Of a stretch of DNA of 64,000 nucleotides, positions 12,616-27,021 are shown piece by piece (position 1 is the stretch's first letter; every line of letters starts with the position of its first letter). The notes under the pieces were generated by a model. That model was not told the DNA's origin. It did not search any database and worked only from the letters and a program-made list of their open reading frames with translations. The DNA comes from Eledone cirrhosa (Eukaryota): positions 263,934,001-263,998,000 of the forward strand of contig OZ024743.1 in NCBI GenBank assembly GCA_964016885.1, read 5' to 3'. The position numbers were made by a program, and so were the translations under genes.

Positions 12616-12672
12616 TTTTATCTGATGAGTGCGTACCAAAGTTTTGGTACCCTTGAAATATATATAATAGAA
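12616..12672 (+). ncRNA. Type I hammerhead ribozyme motif
   Basis: TTTTAT-CTGATGA-GTGC-GTACCAAA.GT.TTTGGTAC-CCTT-GAA-ATATATAT-A-ATAGAA. Family copies at 34946-35135 and 35312-35470. Confidence 0.75.
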
Positions 12673-12860
12673 TAAATATGGTTTTATAAATATAGTTTCC
12701 ATTTATTTAATATCATTGAATATATATACCAGATATAATATATATATATATATATCGCAGATATAATAAAAGACAGCGAGAAGCGAAAACCAACGAAACA
12801 GTGAGTGTGTTCTGTTATTAATTCTGGCAATATTACGCAAATATGACCCTCCCCAAGTAT

Positions 12861-12929
<69 letters not shown>

Positions 12930-12959
12930 AATCTATCTATCTGTCTCTCTCTCTATCTA

Positions 12960-13096
<137 letters not shown>

Positions 13097-13404
13097 ATAT
13101 ATATTTATATATATATATATATATGTATGTATATATATATTTATATATAGTCGTATTACTTTTATGTATTTATCTCTGTTTTTGTCTAAAAGCAATGGTA
13201 AAGTTTTCTGTCAGCATGCATCAGACCAACTGAACGCCTGTCCCATTTGTTATACAAACTGGAATTACAAGTGCAGTATCACTTTAAAGCGCAAAATTGC
13301 ACATTATTAAGGTGGCTGACGAAGAAGAAATGCACTTATCAGTTCCCCTTATGTAAATCTGTTTCTCTGTGTACTTTCTGCTAACCCATACACAAACACA
13401 CACG

Positions 13405-13485
<81 letters not shown>

Positions 13486-16400
13486 ATCCATGGTTTTAGA
13501 ATTCGTAAGTTAACATATTGAAATAATGCTTGATTTAATCATTTTTAGTGAATATATGAATTGGCTGTGTAAGAACACTAATATTCGATTGAAAATGTGT
13601 AAATTTAATTCTGTTATTCTGAAAGCCTTATTCCGTTATTAAGTGCCAGATGTTTGGAATATAATTGAACTGAATTTTATTGTGAGGGTAGTTTTTCTAT
13701 GTAACCCTTTGCCTGAAAACAAGTGTGTTTAAACAAAATATATATGAAATATATCAAGTACACTCACATACACTCACACCCATATTTATTAAACATTTAA
13801 AAGTTTTTTTACGAAACATGTTAAAAAAGAAATTATCATGTAGAATTGCTCGGGAAGAATTCAATAAATATACTTCAGCTATTTGCACAAACTCCTCATA
13901 TATAGAACGTGACTGGAGGTTTAGCAGCATCAATCTTTAAACGTACAATAGTGTTGCTTCCAAAATAGTCATAGTTTTAAAAGAGAACCAATCCACATGA
14001 TTATTAAAGTACTCATTTTATCTAACTTGCTGAATTGAAGAGCAAAGTCAACACTCACTGCTGAGTAACATGTGAATCTGATAGGAATTTAACTACATAC
14101 CAAAATACATATTGCTGCCACTTAAATTCCCCCGTTTACAGCTCACATGCGTGAAGATTGACCATTTATCTGCTGCGGAGAAGGCAGCTGGTATATTCGC
14201 TATGAGGAGAAGGCATGTATAAAACTTTTTTCAATGAATAGCCAACAGTTTATTATGCAGCAACACTCAAGTCCCCACGTCACCAATATTATTCAAGGAA
14301 AATGAATGAGCTGATAGAATTTGACAGTATTATCGGAGCAACGTAAACGCTGGAACAAATGCTACGAAGCATTTTGTCCAACCCTGTAACATTTCTGCTA
14401 ATTCACTTTTTGGACAGGTACTATATTTTATCGACTCCGGAACGATGAAAAGCAAAAATGAAATTTAGTGACCGGGTTCAAAAACGTCTATTGTAGACCA
14501 CCCAACGGTCTTTATTTTGTTCACTGACTCGGAAAGCAACCATGAGCAGATTAGAGGATGCTTATCATTTTGCTGTGTACATGTTGATTGTGTTCAACCA
14601 TGTGCTGCTGTGAAGCAGGGAGGCAGAGTTGAAACCTGCTATTCAGTTCCAGTCAAGTGACTTTACAAAGCTGTCCAAGATTCTCTCATACTGGATATAA
14701 ACTAATAGGATGTCAAATGCAGGTCGCATGGACAGATATGTATGTTCTGATAATGATAGGTTTGGTGGTGCTGAGTGGAACGTCACTATTATATGAATGA
14801 TATGAATCCTGTGAAGATAGAAATTCCAGCAATGCTAATATAACTGGGACATGAGAATAAGGTCACTGAATCTAACCAGGAGGATGGCTTATTGCCTTTT
14901 GGTGACGACGAACTGTATGTTGCATAGTTTAGGCATGGCGAACCATTTACTTTATTTTCTGTTGATGTAAACTTTATTTCTGCAGATTGTTGTTAGTCAG
15001 TTTCTACTTTTTTAAATGAATCTTTAAATATAGAAAAGCCATATTGTTTTTATTGATTAGCTACAAACCCTTGCTTAAATATAAGATCAAAGACGATCTG
15101 CGTCTTGTGGTTAAGTATATTAAATCTCAAACCATCCCAGATATTTTCAGCGGGACAACCTCTATATTGCAACTCGACTCACAATAAATAGCAGCCACAT
15201 ATCCCTCAAATAACATCGCATCGTCTTAAAATGGATATGGCCGATATCGTGCATATGAGTTTGCTACACATAGGAAAAAAGAAGGGGTGATCACGGTTGG
15301 AATGTCTTTGAACACAAATATGCTCGATATCGGCTGACGTGAGCCCAAATGGCAACACTATTACATTAGTCAGTGTGTCTTTTCTATTCCCATGATGGCG
15401 TGGTGTGATGTAAAGGAGAATTATCTACAATCTCTGATAGGTCTATAAATTTAATTTAATAGAAAAAGCCATGTTCAGTCGTGAATATATCTGAACAACA
15501 CTGCAACACAAAATCTATACTTGGGTGAAAATGAACACAAAAACAAACAAAACTAGCAAAGAAATGAAATAAAATATAACAACGAAACGAATACTAAAAA
15601 TAGTAAATAGATTTATATAATTCTATCACCAGAATGCTTTAAATAACTTCTGCATATATGATATATGATATAGCAATGTTATTAAAATAGATATGTCGAT
15701 TTGTGTGTGGATATAACAAAACACATTAGAGCATCAAGCAAAATTTACAGATTTACAGAAACTCTCGGAGATACTCCGTGAGTTTCGCTGGCGTGCCTTC
15801 AATTGTTCAGTCACTAAATATCTGACACGTTCAAGTAATGAGTGGACGCCTGAGTCTTCTAAAGCTATGTCTAACTATAAAGTGATTCGCAGAGCGACTG
15901 AGTGTGATACAGCATTTGACGAAACCAATTCATTTGAGTTATTTGTCCAGTCCATCTAACGGGTATCCGCAAAGGTTCCGTCTACCCAATTTACGTCAGA
16001 ATGGTAAAGATAAATAATCAATATGTTATGCAGTAGCACGGAACTCAGGATATCATGATTGCAAATCGAAATTTTAACCACTCAGCCATGACTTTATCCA
16101 TAAACACATATTGACACAGAGAGGCTACACATCTCTTTATATGTCTATATGCTACATATGGACGTGTGTATTCAGTTTTAAACTGGCTTTTCTAATCCCT
16201 CTTACAACAGCCTATTTATATATAAAAACTCCGCGTTAAATATGCTTACATATTCAAATTATATAATGCAGTGTCCCACATGGTCTACCTCAATTCTCAT
16301 GTCTGTATGTCTATTTCTCAATTTAATTTGATACCACCCAATATGTTCACTTCGTCTATTGTTGTTGTTGTTTTCTTGTTGTTTTCCTTGTTTTTGTTGT

Positions 16401-16668
16401 AGTTTGTGTCGTTATTGATGTCGGTTGTTGGTGTTGTTGTCGTTTTCGTCGTCAACAATAATGTTGTCGTCAGCGGCGGCTGATTGGGCTGATTGTAATA
16501 TGACACCCATAAAGTCTTGATTTCTTGGTGTCTCGAAAACATGTTTCTAAATAGGAATGATTAAAAAAAGAAACATTGCTTCAAGGTCAATGCAGTAGCC
16601 AAGCGAGTCAAATATATTTGTGACTGGTGTCGAAATACACCGTTAGAGAGGGGGGGGGGGAGAGAAAG

Positions 16669-16787
<119 letters not shown>

Positions 16788-18572
16788 ACTGCGCGTGACC
16801 CAAATGATTACCATGCCAGATGGTCTGCTAGTGCCATAGTTTTATATATTTCTAATGACAAACCCTGCATCCATGACCAAGAAACTGACTCCCCATCACA
16901 TAGACACGAATCTGTAAGAACCACCTTTTTTGGTGGAGCCCTCTCCTCGAAATATTGTAGGGACAAACAATATAATTGTCTAATGACTCGTTTTCTAAGA
17001 AACTTGAATTAAAACTATCCAATGGGCCTTGCTTTGAGAAATGTTGAGCTCCATGCTAAGTGAAGGATTTTTCTTGATGGACCTAATTTATGAATATGGT
17101 CCTGCTATGATTTAATTACTAGTGTGTGTTCGTGACAACAGGAAATATTTGACATAAATTTCATAAATATATGGAAGAATGATATGCAATAACAAAAAAT
17201 GTTTACATATTTCTCTGTTCAACTTGATAGCAGCTCAACCTTTTAAAGACATCGTATCCACATAAGATGTCTGCTTTTCGGATTTCTCTAATACCATTAA
17301 TTTAATATTATAGCATTTAAAAGTATGTAATTCATTTGTATATGGGTCTCGATACAGAGCAAGTCAGTTAGGTATCCGTTAAACGTAATGTTGATAAACG
17401 AGCCATCAACAGTCTCTAAGTCGAGCAGTTAATTATTCGAAAACCATATGGCTTACCCTCTGAGAAAAAATACATAATCTTTTATGTTACCCTTAATAAA
17501 TTGTCTGAAATTATGATGAAAGATTCATGGTTAGAGCATTTATAATAGATCTACTTGATCAAAGATGACCTGTGGCTAAACACCACCACTACCAATAACA
17601 ACACGGGTAGGAAGATAATAACATTTTCAAGAAAAGCCTGAATCCGGGAAATGTTAACGTCAGAGGAGAGGATTAGCAGCAACACATTGTCACCTGATCC
17701 CTGCTAATCCACTTTTCAGTCATAATTCACCATTTCAGTAGCAATAACAGAATTTAAAAAAGCTCTCCGAAATTTTCAATGTCGTAAATTCCAATAAACA
17801 GATATAAAACTGTCACTAATAAGAAACGTTGAGATCGAATCTACTACATTTGCAGCTGTGGCGTAATAAAATATACGGTAGTAGCTGTGTAGTTTAATTA
17901 GACAGGAAACTAAAACGTGTTGCTTTTCGTGGGAAGCTTTGTTATATATTGAGAATAAAAAAGCGATATATAAAGGAGTTGCTATGTTTTTCATTTATGT
18001 CGTATTAGTTTATCTATGGATATATTTTATTTCATGTAATTTTGTCTAATATAAGATTGTCCTTCACAACTCTATAGCATTGTATAACATGCATTATAGT
18101 GAATTCTAATAAGCAGTATTTAAAGTGTCATCATGGAAAAGAAATAAGTGAGAAAAATATCTAGAGAGAAACGAAAAACAATCAAAGGAAATAAAACTAT
18201 TCAAATAAACCAGTTTTATATTTCTTCGTTGAAAAGAGCATAAATATTAGAGATAAAAAATACATGAACATTTTCTTTCAATTTCATAAATGTATTTCTT
18301 GATATATATTTAAGAATCTGAAATAGAATGATGTTTTATTCCGTTTTCTTGCATTCTTTATTTTAAAATCCATAGGGTAGTAAGACATGGTGAAATAGAT
18401 ACGAAGAACACGTGAAATATAAATGAACACGTCATAGAATTCAATGCAATATAACTTTTACTACATTGATATAAGATATTGGCAAGTTTCATGACGACGA
18501 AAGAAACAATATAATTACAGCATTATACTGAACAGTAATGATGTGAAATTAATGTACAGCATTATATGTTAC

Positions 18573-18753
18573 GGTGGATTGGCAGTATAGGTAGAGAGTC
18601 GGACGCCATGCTTTCCAGCATAGTTACGTCCCTTTACGATCTGAGTTCAAATCCCGCCGAGGTTGACTTTGCCTTTCATCCTTACGGGGTCGATAAAATA
18701 AAGTACCAGTAATGTACTAGGTAATTGCTGACCTTGTGCCAAAAGTAGAAACA
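18573..18753 (+). mobile_element. tRNA-derived SINE with 12-bp target-site duplication
   Basis: A/B boxes (TGGCAGTATAGG, GAGTTCAAATCCC). TSD ATTATATGTTAC at 18561-18572 and 18754-18765. Confidence 0.88.
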
Positions 18754-19901
18754 ATTATATGTTACACTTAGGAATGCATGTTTGCCTGAATGTTGAATTG
18801 GAATTATGGGCTCTCGGTTTCCCCACAACTGCAGAGCAACTTAGTTGAGTGATTCTTACTAAAACCTCAATTCGCCCCAAGACTTGCGATCGAAATTAAG
18901 TAGATAGCACCTGTGTAGAAGTTCTTAGGATGGACTTTACCTCTAATTCAAAGGTCCAGCCAGACTTGTTAAGTTTTGTGCGATGCTGAATATGTCTGGG
19001 AGTTATATTTATTGCATATACGACTGTAAAGCATTCACACGCCATGACACAATATGGATTGTGCAATTATTTCAAAGGATCAGCCTTGTCTCGCATTGAA
19101 TTAAGTAGGTTCTGCCCGAAAATTATCTTATGGGTACACATATTGTGGAATACCTAGATAATTGCAATCTACTTCCTAATTTCAGCTGCTCGAACATTTA
19201 TATGCTTATTTTAATTGTTGACAAAGATATTATACATTAGTTAGTTTCAATCATTTACACTCTAAATTTGAATCCCGAAGGAGAATTTACACTGGAAAAG
19301 GATCTGATAAGAATTGCAACCAAATATCTTTCAAATTACAAGCTACCGAAAGTGAAACAGAGATATGTATTCAAGAGAATGGCTTTAATACCTTTTCTCA
19401 CAATTGGGTTCAATCAAAGATAAGATATGGCTAGACAACATTAATAACAATATTAAACATATTTCAGGCAAACATTCGCACCCTGCTAACTCAGCACAAT
19501 CTATCGTAACATGATTACTGCAAGTGACATAACTTAATAGGTTAACTTTCCGTCAAGCTCAAACCATGTGATAGTTTCAGCTTTTGGTTGAAGATCAAGC
19601 GTTATAAACGGTATTTCTGAAGTTACCGCTTTAGAAATAAAAACTACTATTTCATATCATCATTAATAACAATATAAGCACAAATATAAAATAAATAACA
19701 AACCAAAGCGAAAAGTACCAGAAAATTAACAAACGCAAATAGAATGTATATATTTTCATTTTTGTACATGCTTAAAGGAATCTGTTTTGAGTAAATATTT
19801 CTGTATAAACTAACCTGTTACATGCGTGACTGCCAGAGAAAAGTTAAGTGCCGACACACTCATATAAGGGCAGGGTGGGGGTTCTTCTCATTATATATAT
19901 A

Positions 19902-19979
<78 letters not shown>

Positions 19980-20011
19980 TATGTATATATATATATGTAT
20001 TTTTTAATATT

Positions 20012-20935
20012 CTAGGGCGGGTAAAATTCCCGAGATCCACGGACGAGTTCTCTCCAGCGGTCTCTCTCCCTCATTATCGCCGCCATGTCCTGCGTCTCCA
20101 ACAGACCAGTGTCTCTCCTTAGGGCATCAACATGCGTTAACCTTGGTCTTCCACTTCCAGTGTGTCCATGTAGGGGCTCCCACAGGAGTACTGAGTGCAA
20201 TGTCAACTTTGGATGTCGGTGAGCATGTCCAGCTAACATCAGTCTCCTCTGTGTCACTTTTGAGCTGACTTTTGGGAGGCGCCCATACAGCTCTGAGTTT
20301 TTCATCCTCAGTGTATACTGATTAATGTTCAGAGCCATCCTCAGCATTCTCGTGTAGCACCCATCCACCATCTGAGTACGTTTCTTGGTCAGTGTCCAAG
20401 TCTCAGACCCGTACAGAAGCACAGGCTCCACTACAGCAATGAAGAGGCGGATGTTCAGGTCTTTACGAAGGTCCGACTTCCAGACTGATCTCAAGATGTG
20501 GCCCGCCTCCCAGGCTTTGCTCTTCCTCTCAACCACATCATCTTCCGTATTCCCAATCTTTGCTCCCAAATACAAGAAGTCCTCAACCAATTCTAGCGGC
20601 TTCCCGCCTACATTAGTGACCCCCTCTGGCTTCTCAACATTCTCTACCAGATATTGTGTTTTAGTCTCATTCATTCTCAGCCCTACACTCATCGACACAG
20701 TCTCAACCTCCTGCATCAAATCCTCTGCCTCCTTCACTGTATTTGTCACCAAAACTATGTCGTCAGCAAATTCAGCATCCGATATCTTTTTCGCCTTAAC
20801 TCTCCTGCTCTGAACCGGTGTTACAGTAAAAACAGAGTCCTGGTGTTTCTCCAGTGCAAGGCGCATACCATAGTCCACGACGATGATAACAAGGTAGGGA
20901 GCCAATGTATCTTCCTGGAGCACTCCAGCCAGTAT
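20012..20935 (-). mobile_element. RTE-like LINE 3' fragment (RT C-terminal half), same family as 28303-31463
   Basis: 303-aa ORF with LQEDTLAPYL, EFADD and LLYGSETW, ending REFYPP*. TA-rich tracts on both sides. Confidence 0.88.
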
Positions 20936-21116
20936 GTATATATATACATATATGTGTGTGTGAGTGAGTGTGTATGTGTGTGTGTGTGTGAGTGTGTGTG
21001 TGTGTGAGTGTTTGTGTGTGTTTCAGAAGATCCCCTAAAAGCATGGAAGCAGTGATTCTTTGCTTAAACATTAATCTGTACATATAAATATTTGGTCGAC
21101 AGGTTTATATATATAT

Positions 21117-21166
<50 letters not shown>

Positions 21167-21177
21167 TTATATATATA

Positions 21178-21236
<59 letters not shown>

Positions 21237-21264
21237 ATATATATATAAACCCGTTATATATATA

Positions 21265-22404
21265 TCTTAGTCTTAGTCTTAGATTCTTCCGCGCCGTTCG
21301 GCGCATCGAGCAGTAAGTACTCGCCAACGGTCACGATCAGCTGCAACTTTTTCGATACCGTGCCAGGTGATGTTAACTGCCATCAGGTCCTTCCGGAACG
21401 TTCGTCGCCAGGTGATCCTTGGGCAACTCCGCACCCGTTTATCGCCAGGCGGAGTCCAGTTCATCGCTGTTTTCGAATGCCGTTCATTTGGCAGACGCAG
21501 AATATGTCCAGCCAGAGGGCACCGACGCTCCGTGCCCACTCTCTGTAGCGTCCACGACTCGGCTCTCCGCAGGATCTGCTGGTTTCGCACTCGGTCGCGC
21601 CAGGACACACGAAGGATCTTTCGCAGGCACCGCTGGTGGAAAGCATTCAGCCGTCTCTCTATTTTTGCCGTACTCTTCCAGGTTTCGCTCGCATAAAGCA
21701 CTGTCGGCAGCACAATGCTCTTGTACACGCGGAGCTTGGTCTTGGTGCTAATGCATCAAGAGGACCAGACTGGGCACAACCACTGGAAAATTGCGGCTCC
21801 TTTGCCGATCCGACAATTGATGTCGAGCTCCGCATCGCCGCTGCTTGTCAGGATGCTGCCCAGATAGGTGAAGTGATCGACTTCCTCGAGGTCCTGTTGG
21901 TTGACTCTGATCACTGGACCTGTGTTGCTGGCCGATCTCATGACCTTGGTCTTTTTGGTGTTGATTCTAAGGCCGATCTTTTCCGCACTCTCTTGTATGT
22001 ATGTTGTCACGACCTGCAGATCTGCACTGTTTTCAGCGATCAAAGCGATGTCGTCGGCGAATGCCAGGTACCTCAGCCTCGACTGCCCTCTCCATGTGAT
22101 TCCTCAACCGGTTCCGTCATCCATTCGCCTTAGTACGAAATTGGATGCCAGCAGGAACAACAGAGGAGAGAGAATGCAACCCTGTCTGATTCCGGAGACA
22201 ATGTCAAAGAACTCCGTCACACCGGACTCAGTCCGCTCGCAGCAGCTGGAGTTTTCATACAGGGCTTTGAAAATGGCGATGAATCTTGCAGGAATGCCGT
22301 ACAGTTGCGCAACATTCCACAGCGACTCCCGGTGTAGACTGTCAAATGGCTTCTGGAAATCAATAAGATTGACCGACAAAGGGTGTTGTAACTCAACGCA
22401 TTGT
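21265..22404 (-). mobile_element. RTE-clade LINE 3' fragment with (CTAAGA)n tail
   Basis: IDFQKPFDSLHRESLW, GIRQGCILSP, FTYLGS and LYASETW across frameshifted ORFs. Confidence 0.88.
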
Positions 22405-22604
22405 ATATATATATATGAATATATATATACACAGTGCAAGAGTAAACCAATCTTAAAGAGAGAGATGGAGATCGGAGAGGAGAAGAGAGATTGGTGAAGG
22501 TGTTAGAAGCCAAAAGCGTAAAGGCATGTGCTCGATGTGCAATATGCAGTGGAAGGCAGCTAGAGGGCTGGGTTCATGCACAGGTTAGGTGCACAGAGCT
22601 GGAA

Positions 22605-23132
22605 ATATTCACTAGTTAAGCAAAACAAGATCACAAAATTCACAAGGAAGACGTTAGTTAAAGAGTGTCAACATAGTTGGGGTTTAATGTAAGGAATAAG
22701 GAGTGTAATTATAGTTTAATGTAAGGAATAATAATGTCTGTTTACAATTGTTTCGCTACTCCATATACTGTTTCTGGATCAATTGATTATAGATCGTTAT
22801 TGATCTGGTTCAGATGAAGATAAGTAACTTAGGTAATATTATCTTTATCAATATTTTCATATTTTCATTATCTCATTTGAAGTTCTGAAGAGCTGCTCCA
22901 TAATATTACCTAAGTTATTTATCTTCATCTGAACCAGATCAATAACGATCTATAATCAATTGATCCAGAAACAGTATATGGAGTAGCGAAACAATTGTAT
23001 ACAGACATTATTATTCCTTACATTAAACTATAATTACACTCCTTATTCCTTTCATTAAACTCCAACTATATTGACCCTCTTTAACTAACGTCTTCCTTGT
23101 GAATTTTGTGATCTTCTCTATTGCTTAACTAA

Positions 23133-23139
<7 letters not shown>
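22605..23139. repeat. Fold-back palindrome, ~238-bp arms with a ~57-bp spacer, containing an HHR
   Basis: 22605-22842 is the reverse complement of 22900-23139. Confidence 0.92.
22882..23002 (+). ncRNA. Type I hammerhead ribozyme with a long loop II
   Basis: GTT-CTGAAGA-GCTGCTCCATA...TATGGAGTAGC-GAA-ACAATTGT-A-TAC. 11-bp stem II. The opposite arm shows AAC, which restores stem I. Confidence 0.75.
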
Positions 23140-23201
<62 letters not shown>

Positions 23202-23365
23202 ATATATATATATATACATAGATGCATTGCGAAAGAAAATTCCGATGGCAAGCTAACGAACTTATGCAGATGAGTGACTACCTTGGATTAACCTATACTT
23301 TGTCAGACAATATGATTAAGTACTTCATCTGTTAATCAATATTTTAATATATTCATATACATATA

Positions 23366-23928
23366 TGCAGTGTGGCCCAAAAGTCACACAGGGGTTTTAG
23401 TTTTATGTATGAAATTTTGATACACTTTAATGGACATAAGGAAAATTATTTTGCACTCGTCATTCCTTGTCACACCACTACATTACTTATAAAAAATTAC
23501 ATCTTTTATATGGCGGCCATTTTCGGCTTAGCATTTTCGGCTTCGAATCGATGTACCTGGATTTTCCTCGACACTCTCTCGAATTTTTTCCCTTGTCTCA
23601 TCAGGTCTGACAGTGCGAGCCCGCCCAGAAAGTGGGCGATCCGTTATTGCTCCTTGCTCTTCGAAACGATTAACCAATTTCCTAATCGCACTGTCACTAG
23701 GAGCATCTCTCACTCGATAGTGTCGCTGATATGCTGTCTCGGTCTGAATCATCGACCCCTGATTTTGGTAGAAGAATTTCACAACTTGGGTGCATTGCTC
23801 GGTGCTGACATTTTCCCTAATTAATTTCCCACACCTAGTTCATATAATTCCCGAAGAGAAAGGAAAAATATTACAGAATCAAAAAAATATTATAAATAGT
23901 TGACCCCTGTGCGACATTTTGGCCAGCC

Positions 23929-23932
<4 letters not shown>
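23366..23932 (-). mobile_element. Internally deleted Tc1/mariner-type DNA transposon
   Basis: ~30-bp imperfect TIRs (TGCAGTGTGGCCCAAAAGTCACACAGGGGT / ACCCCTGTGCGACATTTTGGCCAGCCTGCA) flanked by TA. ORF 23528-23782 resembles a transposase N-terminal HTH (APSDSAIRKLVNRFEEQGAITDRPLSGRARTVR). Confidence 0.8.
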
Positions 23933-23999
<67 letters not shown>

Positions 24000-24000
<1 letters not shown>

Positions 24001-24298
24001 TGCACATCTAGACATATGCACAAGTAATAAGACACCCAAATTCCAAGACTTCCCTTTGCGCTGACAATACAACAGAACAAATACGAATAAATAAGGAAAA
24101 TATGTTTATTCAAAAATATAGACCAGCATTAAATATAGTTTAATATAAATTATGTCAACACCATAACATGCTAACCATCCAAACAGACACATACATACAC
24201 ACACACATAACACCTACTTTAGAAAATAAAAACCAGAACTAAATAAACCTTAACATACGTTAATACTCTAACACCTTAGCATGCTAACCCTCCCCCCA

Positions 24299-24351
<53 letters not shown>

Positions 24352-25382
24352 ACTCCCTCCCCCATTTCTACTAACGGAATCATTTTCCTACACACACACA
24401 AAATATATATATTCTCTTCATCTTAACATGCTAACCATACTCCCACACACACATAACACCCATACACACAACTCCCTCCCCCATTTCTACTAATAGAATC
24501 ACTTTCCTACACACATACACACACACAAAAGATATATATTCTCTCCAACTTACCTTACTCACACACACATAACACCCATACACACACACACAACTCCCTC
24601 CCCCATTTCTACTAATAGAATCATCTTCCTACACACACACACAAGCACACAAATAAACATACATATCTCTACTTTCTTTATTTTAATAGAAAGTCTGAAT
24701 TCTGACACCCCAGCGAAGCAGCCATATTCACTGAACCAGAACAATTCTCCCCATCCCATTTCTCTTGACCATTATCTTTTGTTTGTCATAAAATTCTCTA
24801 AAAGGGTACAAAATAAATTCCCAAATACAGGCGCGAAATTTAACGAACTTGTTCACGTGACAATCATAATTTCATTTATAACAAAAAAAAAAGCCTTCAT
24901 GAGCCACTTTTTTTAAGTAAAAAGAAATTCAAACAAACTGCCGCGAAAGCTGATGTGCTTATTCACGTGACTGCATCAACCGACCAAACTTCATTCATAT
25001 ATGAACAAACAACCTGAGCCCCTCCCCCTTCACCCCCTTTGTTGGGAAAAAAATTGAAACGCGAACTGGCGCGAAATTTATTATACTTATTCACCAACCA
25101 ATCAAATTACTTCTCTAAAACCTGGCGTTTCGAGCTAATTTTTTCCATATAAAACTAGTAACACTCAAAGACCAACCAGATGTGAGAAAATCCACAGACC
25201 CTCCATCAAAACTCTACTTTTGAAAAGCAGAAGCACTGCGAAACCGGTAAAATAACCAAATAAATATATATATTTAAAAAAAAATAAGACTCCAGTTGCA
25301 TTTTCTATTTCACCTTTTTTCCTTATACTTTCACTCGTGTAGGACACCTCGGTTATTTTTCATTTTGTAAACAAAACCTCAC

Positions 25383-25390
<8 letters not shown>
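24000..25390. mobile_element. Unclassified TA-flanked repeat with internal ~121-bp tandem units; its right end recurs inverted at 40318-40535
   Basis: AACTCCCTCCCCCATTTCTACTAA at 24351, 24471 and 24592. 25177-25390 matches the reverse complement of 40318-40535. Confidence 0.6.
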
Positions 25391-25461
<71 letters not shown>

Positions 25462-25586
25462 AAAATGTTCAAGACACCAACGACAGAGCTCAAGCCGTTT
25501 CGACGGCTATTTCTGGACATTTTCCTATTACCCATTCTATTCCGGTGCGTTATGGTCCATCTGGTTCCTTACCACACTTCCTTCGT

Positions 25587-25632
<46 letters not shown>

Positions 25633-25870
25633 TATGTGTTGGTGTGTGTGACACACAAAATTAGATCGACTTCAAATTTTTAAATGATTCTTTAATAATT
25701 TTTTCTATTAAAATTATGACATAGCCACACTCTTTACTTTTACCCTGTCTGCTATTATAAAGTATCATTCACTAAAAATTTCTTCTTCTTGAAAAGTAGA
25801 CACATGAATCAACAATCCAATAGTCAAACCACAAACACCCATACACTCTCTCTCTCTCTCTCCCTCCCCC

Positions 25871-25923
<53 letters not shown>

Positions 25924-26007
25924 TAGAAAATATATATATATATATATAAAGTATTAAAAAAAAATGAATAAAACAATGAAACAGTTCCTTATATTAAACA
26001 AAAAAAA

Positions 26008-26059
26008 GTTCATTATTTAACGATCGTTTCTAGGACATATATATCATTAAATAATGAAC
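26008..26059 (-). ncRNA. Degenerate hammerhead motif
   Basis: Minus: GTTCATTATTT-AATGA-...-GAA-ACGATCGT-T-AAATAATGAAC. 11-bp stem I and palindromic stem III are present; the 5' core is damaged. Confidence 0.45.
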
Positions 26060-26073
26060 TCTTGGTAGATTTA

Positions 26074-26158
<85 letters not shown>

Positions 26159-26333
26159 GTATATATATATATATATATACATATATACATATATATACAT
26201 TTATTATAATGCTCGGTGTGTTTGTAAACAAACATCCCGTATTAAGCCGCAATATCCGGGTTGAATCGGAGGTAACCACATTAAGAGTACGGTACTCAAT
26301 ACATTGCATACTATAAAAGTTTTAATATAGATG

Positions 26334-26383
26334 AGATTCTACAGGACTAGAACTGTTTCATTCTTTAGAAATCATCAGGAATC

Positions 26384-26384
<1 letters not shown>
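26334..26384 (-). ncRNA. Type I hammerhead ribozyme motif (degenerate mirror copy at ~26443-26493, plus)
   Basis: Minus: GGATTC-CTGATGA-TTTC.TAAA.GAAT-GAA-ACAG.TTCTAGTC.CTGT-A-GAATCT. Confidence 0.75.
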
Positions 26385-26439
<55 letters not shown>

Positions 26440-26818
26440 ATTGGATCGGTGATGATTTCTAAAGAATGAAACAGTTCTAGTCCTGTAGAATCTCATCTAT
26501 ATTAAAACTTTTATACTCTGCAATGTATTGAGTACCTTACTTACTGTGGTTACCTCCGATTAAACCCGGAATAACGTATATATATATATATATATACAGT
26601 ATTTACGTATCGAGAAAGAGAAAAAATGGGAGGATAGGTGATACATATAGTTATTTGCTAAGCAGCGTATGCCAAATGTGCTCGATACTAATGCCGGCAG
26701 TATTAAATAAGTATTTGAAGTGTTAATATTTAGTAGGCTAGAGAGTTAGCAGAGCGTAAGTACGTGGGAAAGTAAAAAATCGGAGAATAGACCGTTAAAA
26801 CATGTTTATTTAAAACAG

Positions 26819-26858
26819 CACCTGCGTACGTTTCGCCCAGTTGGGCTTCACAAAGGCA
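26819..26858 (-). ncRNA. Degenerate minimal hammerhead motif
   Basis: Minus: TGCC-TTTGTGAA-GCCC.AACT.GGGC-GAAAC-GTAC-GCA-GGTG. Stem II and GAAA are intact; the core is damaged. Confidence 0.35.
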
Positions 26859-26961
26859 TAAATAATCACAAGTGTTCCTTATATTGCTCGGAAAGAGTTT
26901 TTTGGGTTATATCCACATCAAGGTTCATTGCACGCAAAAATATCTTGTTCTACTTTCCCAC

Positions 26962-27021
<60 letters not shown>

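Noticed and set aside
14480-14930. Possible coding exon
   Set aside because: Stops in the plus-strand frames I tried, no ORF in the supplied track, and no recognisable motif.
24160-24660. CRISPR-like repeat/spacer appearance
   Set aside because: Eukaryotic context, and the spacers are similar to each other. This is an ordinary minisatellite.
25458-25590. Hairpin and minus-strand GAAACGGC...GTCGTT resembling an HHR half
   Set aside because: No CUGANGA core at the expected position.
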